DNA of 64,000 bases, taken from assembly GCF_009914755.1 (NCBI RefSeq), contig NC_060926.1; one strand, written 5' to 3'. The stretch comes from the human T2T-CHM13v2.0 reference genome, Homo sapiens. Below, piece by piece: positions 57,595 through 64,000 of the stretch. Below the pieces are notes generated by a model. That model searched no databases and had not been told where the DNA came from. It worked only from the letters and a program-made list of their open reading frames with translations. The position numbers were made by a program, and so were the translations under genes. The stretch's first letter is position 1, and each line of letters opens with the position of its first letter.

Positions 57595-57810
57595 TTAATA
57601 AATTCATGTGCTCATTCATCCATTCACAGATAACTGCTGGGCACCAATGCTGTGCCAGTACCAGGGATACCATAGCGAGCAAAACCCGTAGGGCCTACCT
57701 CTCAGGGAGCTTGCACATTCTACGGGGGAGCAGGCAAAAAACAAACATAACAATTTTAGATAGTGACAAGTACTTGCAAACAAAGTAAATAGTGTGATGT
57801 AAAAAGGCTG
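57595..57810 (-). mobile_element. L2 3' fragment
   Basis: cattcatccattca...gggcaccaatgctgtgccag...gagcttgcacattcta. Confidence 0.65.
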
Positions 57811-58589
57811 GTCTGATCATTACGATTCCTTTCAGCATGAAACTTCCCTCATATCACAAGGTATAATGAGGACTTTTAGTCCTTTGGATGGAAGTCCTAA
57901 GATGAGAGACTATATTAATCATAATAGGTGTAAAAGACAAAAATACAACAACGTAAATTTCAAATGAAGAAGCAATATGTATTCTCAATTTCTACCATAT
58001 CCCCAAGACCCTTGGAAGAACCTATTTATAGCTTTATCGCAGCCATTTTGAAAAGGTAGAGAAAAAAACATCACAGGTTTTTGAAAAGAAATTTTGCAAA
58101 TAACATGGCAGTATTGCAAAATGCAAATGGAAATGCTGCTGAGCCATCTGCTCAATATTACAGCAACATTGGGAAAAGGCTCTGAAAGAAATGATGTTTG
58201 AAATCATTAAAAAAATAACATGTCAAGTTTAAAATACTCAAGAATCTTAAAACCAGCATCAACACATTCAGCAACCATATGGCCCTACAGCAGGTTAAAA
58301 AAATAATCGCCCTGCTTGCAATTTCTACTTCAACCCAATGGTTTCTAAAACATGTTTCTTTTTCCCATTTGAGTACCTTTTCTTTCCATTGAATTCCTTG
58401 GTGTTTACAGTTACTTGAATTATACCTGGAGCATAATTTTTGTTTCACCCTTTCTGAAGTAGAAATAAGATAGTAAGGAAGATTAAAAGTCACCTGTTCA
58501 AGAAAAAGGAATGTGCAGATGACTCTATATAAATTGTTGAACACATCTTGTTTTAGGTTTATTGATTTCTCCATCCTGATCTCACTGTC

Positions 58590-58815
58590 TCAGTAATAAC
58601 TGCTAATCTCATCGAGTATCGTAATTTTCCAGGCACTCTGCTAAGTGCTTTATAGTCATTATATCATTTAATCACCACAAATTTATAAAGTTGATGCTGT
58701 TATTATCTACATTTTCTAGATGCGAAATTTCCTCAAGGTCATACAGGTAACATGCGGCAGAGCCAGAGTCCAAACAACTGTGGGAGCCACGTCTGTGCTC
58801 TTAACTGCTATTATA
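58590..58815 (-). mobile_element. MIR
   Basis: ccaggcactctgctaagtgcttta...tcatttaatc...caaggtcataca...ggcagagccaga. Confidence 0.8.
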
Positions 58816-59889
58816 TGCAACAATTCAGTGTTCAGATGTTTGTGCTGACTTCTCAAGGTTAAAAAATGGGCAACATAGCAAGATCCCATCTCTGCAAAAA
58901 CATTGTAATTTTTTAAATTACAAAATTTATGAAGGCCCAGAGAATTACAAATTTATAATGGAAATCCTTGGTGTTTCAAATGAATTAAAAAAGTAGTTTC
59001 ATTCAACTTACTAGCTTCACATAGTAGCTTGTGGATACAGTAGGAACTCAATACATGATTACTGATAGCAGTATTAATTCACATATAAAAATATTACATC
59101 AAATGATCTGTGTCTGGTGCATGTATTTTAAATGCTAAAGTTCCTTTTGTATCTGGATCATAAGAAGACTTTTTACAATTACAAATAATATTTAAAGGTG
59201 ATGATTAGTTTAGAACGGACCTGAGGGAAGTCAGGCAGTAGGAATATCTGCCAAACACTTAAGTTCTCTAAATGTAGAGATATAAATGAAGTTATAAATG
59301 TAACACTATCTATAGCAAAAAAAAAAAAAAAAAGGAATAGATGAGCGTTACTGATGTGCATGGCCTCATGCAATGGTCTCAGTGCAGAACTTTATTTGGT
59401 CTTATGAAACACTTTACCAAAACTTTCACTTGGCATTCCTCTGTCTGTTGCTTTTGCCTAATGATCTTATCTCTTCACTGATTAGCAATCTCGTCTGTCT
59501 TTAGCAACCCTTTAAATCTCATGCAGCCAAAAGTTATAAATAAAACAAAGCAAATAAACAACGTGGGTAAAATAAATCAGTGTGATAAGCAGTTGTGAAA
59601 TTACAAACTTATTACGGAAAAATCCATGTAAACAAATCCACTAAACACATAGTCATTAATTACAGCTCACAACCTCCCATCACTTCTGCCTTCTGTTCTC
59701 TAACGTGGGGTGCTTGGTAAATCTCTGGTCTAGAGTGGCATTTTATTTTTGCAATCCTTGGCTGTAGGTAGAGCTTGGCCTCTTCTCCACTCAACAGGAA
59801 GTCTTGAAAACAAAGATGCTAAGGTTTAGAGTATTATAACTGGAAATATGAAAGGCATTTTGCAATATTACCAAAAACTTGAAATGAAG

Positions 59890-61560
59890 GTTAAGAAATA
59901 GATCTGCATATAATGATCCATTTATTTTTGATGAAAATGATTTGTCAAAAGGTAACTCAGTGAGGAAAAGGTAATGGTTTTAAAAATGGTTCTAGAACAA
60001 CTGGCTACCCATATGCAAATAGATGAACCTTGAACCTTGCCCCATAGCACATAATTAAATCGTCCCAAACTGGATCTCAGACCTAAATATAAGAGCCAAA
60101 ATACAAAATTTCTAGAAGAGTAAACATCGGTGAAAATCTCAATGATTTTGGGGTTACGAAAATATTTCCTAAATAAGACACAAAAACACAAACTACAAAA
60201 AAATCGTTAAAATTAAATACTTTTCTTCTTCAAAAAACTGTGAAAAAATGAAGATATAAAGGGTAAAGGGTTTCTTTTGGGTGTGATGGAAATGTTTGAA
60301 AATTGGTTGTGGTGATGGTTGCATAAGTCTGAATACAGTAAAAACTGAATTGTACATTTTGAATTAGCAAATGGTATGATGTGTGAGTTATGTCTTATAA
60401 AGCTGTTACAAAAAAATTAAGAGAATACACAGTCTGGAAGAAAATATTTGCAAAACATATATTTGGCAGAAGGTTTGTAACCAGACTTTACAACTCTTAG
60501 AGCTCACTAAGAAGACAATCACCTCAATAAAATGAGAGCAAAAAAAATACCTTGATGGAGTATGTCAAAAGGACAGATAGCCAATAGAAAGAACTTCTAA
60601 TGGCTAAAGCTAGAACAAGAAAAGAATTAAACAAAGTAGCATTGGATTATAAGGTGAAGTATTAAAAAAATTTTCATGATCCCATATTGATATAAATGAA
60701 TGCCCAAATAAATAAATAGGATAGGATAAATATCTTGCACATAAGAATTAAAATAATTTACGTAGCTACTCTGCCCTCAAGAAGGTGGAGCGTAACTCCC
60801 CAGTCCTTAAGTCTGAGCTGCCAATAGTGACTTCTTTCCAAAGAGTATAGCATGGAAGGAGGGAAAAAGGATAATTCTGGAGTGGAGAAACCTGTCAAAC
60901 ACTGTCTCTGCCAAGTGATTAAGGTTAATGTCAACTGTGCTAAGTCATATTGATAGTATGTAGACCTGATATGATATGATTAGACTGGCACTTTGCCTGT
61001 GTGGTCTTCCTCCCTAAAACTCATAATCCCAGTCTAAACATAAGAAAAATATCATACAAACCCAAATTGAGGGGTAGTCTATAAATGTCAGACCAATATG
61101 CCTTAAAACTCAAGGTCATCAAAAATAAGGGAAGTCTGAAAAACTGTCACAGTCTATAGAAGTCTAAGAAGATATGACAACGAAATGTGTGGTATTCTAG
61201 ATGAAATTCAAGAGTAAGAAAGACATTAAGTAAAAACTAAGCAAATCTGAATAAAATATTGACTTTACTTAATAATAATGTATCAATATTTGTTCCTTTG
61301 TTGTAATAAATATACAATACTAATATAAGATGTTAACAATATGATTTAAACAAGAACCAGAATTTTATTACACAATATTCAAAATGTCCAAGATATAATC
61401 CAAAATTACTAGGCATACAAAGAACCGGGAAAATATGAACTCACATGGGGAGAGACAACAGATGCCAACAGTGAGATCATCCAGATACTGAAGTTATCAA
61501 ATTCATTGAATTGTCCATTTAAAATTGGTGAATTTTATTACACATAATTATGCCTCCAAA
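59890..61560 (+). mobile_element. Mosaic of old L1M fragments (ORF2 end, L1MB 3' piece at ~60260-60415, L1MC-like 3' UTR at ~60570-61340)
   Basis: aaatggttctagaacaactgg...gacctaaatataagagc; ttgtggtgatggttgca; aatggctaaagctagaacaa...gtagcattggattataa. Confidence 0.75.
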
Positions 61561-62994
61561 CAAAAGGAACAAAACAGCAGCAAAAGTTTTAAAAAGAGTA
61601 CAGATAACATTGAAGCATTACATTAGTATTAGTTTAGCTTGAGAGTGAGATAAATTGATTCTTATGGACTATTCTGGAACCAAATAACTACTATTCACAC
61701 CATTATTTCTTAGATAAATTACGTTTTAAGTTTCAAACAATCAGCTTACAAAAAACCTTCTGGCGCCTAATCCTTTCTTAAGTGGATGGCCAAGCATTTC
61801 AGAAAATGTTGAACTCCAGAGACCCCATTTAAACCCAGGAACATGAGACTTCTGATTATTTGGGTATTAAATTATATATAAGTATGTTAATGTTATTCAT
61901 ATCTCTCAAAGGATTTTGGAGACAGTTTGGAAGAAAGGATTTTAGAAAACTCTCTAAAATGATGACTCGGCTGACATGGGGCATATAGGAGAGAACTATT
62001 AAACTTTCTCCCTTCCTCTGGCATTGAAATTACTGTTAGAAATGAATGAGTTCTGCTTTTATAGAGTACTACTCATTAAGTTCCTCGGTCCTTTCCTAGA
62101 AAGAACCACAGAGACAAATAGTGTTCTAATTTTTATCTTTACTTTTTACTAAACTATTTGCATAGGTACATAGGTTTCAAGAAGATTGCTCAAATGAATA
62201 TTTATTTTCTTACAGAGAAACATCTGTGAAACTGATCATCTTTCACTCTAAATAAATAAATAATCATAATTGGTATCTGTTTGAGAGCTCATGTGCAAAC
62301 TGTTCCTATAATTGTGCCACTCATTTACAGGCACAACAGAGAGAATCAGAACATAATCCTGCACCCTACTTATTTGCATTAATTGTGATCAATTGTCACA
62401 GTTTGTTTATAAGACTGAATAATTTTTAATTCTAAAATAATTATGCTGATTATCAAATGATTCTGTATGATTTAGTTTTTAGAACATGTTTAATACAATC
62501 ATTGCATTCTCAGATGTTTAACTACAGGGCTGTTTATTTCACTGTATTTGCTTTACGTCCAAGAACTGAGAGGTTTTTCCAAGTCATTCTGTCAAGAGTT
62601 CATTAGAAAAATAAACTAAAGTGAATATATGCTGTGCTTTTTAGGTGTAATAAACATTAAGATATAGGAATGTAACATTGGAGCTCATACACACACAAAT
62701 CCCAGCTTGCAGCAGATCAACTTCCTGTGTCTGATGGTGAAGGATCCCACTCATCCTTCAACCCTACTCAATTCAACCTTGGTCCTAAAAATAATTAATC
62801 ATTCTCTTTTATATTCTTCCAAAGTACTTTGTGTCTCCATTGTCACATTTTTCCTTGACTACCTTTAAGTTAGGGAAGTCCTTCTCCTCAAATTGACCTT
62901 AAACCCATGGAATTCAAGATCTCATTAATGACTTTTTTCCCCTGACATAAACTAAAGAAAAATAGCTGGTTTACCACATTATACTGGATTCCTG

Positions 62995-63630
<636 letters not shown>

Positions 63631-63990
63631 TGCAGCCACAAAAAAGAACGAGATCATGTTCTGTGCAGGGACATGGATGGGGCTGGAGGCCATTATCCTT
63701 AGCAAACTAACACAGGAACAGAAAACCAAATACTGCACGTTCTCACTTATAAGTGGGAGCTAAATGATGAGAACACATGGACACATAGAGGGGAAAAACA
63801 GTCACTGGGGACTTTTGGAGAGTGGAGGGTGGGAGGAGGGAGAGGATCAGGAAAAATAACTAAAGGGTATAGGCTTAATACCTGGTTGATGAAATAAACT
63901 GTACAACAAACCCCCATGACACAAGTTTGCCTGTGTAATAAACCTGCACTTGTACCCCTGAACTTAAAAGTTAAATAAAAAAGAAAACAA
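63631..63990 (+). mobile_element. L1PA11-13-like 3' end
   Basis: gagaggatcaggaaaaataactaa...ctgtacaacaaacccccatgacac. Confidence 0.88.
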
Positions 63991-64000
63991 ATGTTGTTCT

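Noticed and set aside
58867-58900. ~34-bp Alu/FLAM-like remnant
   Set aside because: Too short to classify or interpret.

Overview
Primate (almost certainly human) nuclear DNA, AT-rich and roughly half interspersed repeats (L1, Alu, L2, MIR, MaLR/ERVL LTRs, Tigger/hAT DNA transposons). Only one coding segment is supportable: a 48-nt minus-strand exon at 42537-42584 with canonical splice sites. It encodes ESRSGETNSCVEEIIR, which I recognise from memory as AFF3/LAF4 (chr2q11.2), at the start of the ELL-binding region. Everything else would be the two large AFF3 introns flanking that exon. No ORF in the supplied track looks like a real gene: most are repeat-derived and the rest are chance ORFs. 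I see no convincing new biological system. The best second-look items are: (1) an Alu with a twin-priming-type 5' inversion inside a 15-bp TSD; (2) a young AluYa5-lineage insertion with a 54-nt pure tail; (3) local templated duplications and a fold-back scar inside an old L1M; (4) candidate sense poison exons and ~60-nt antisense exons; (5) RFX and CTCF motifs. Repeat subfamily names come from remembered consensus sequences, and boundaries of old repeats are approximate.
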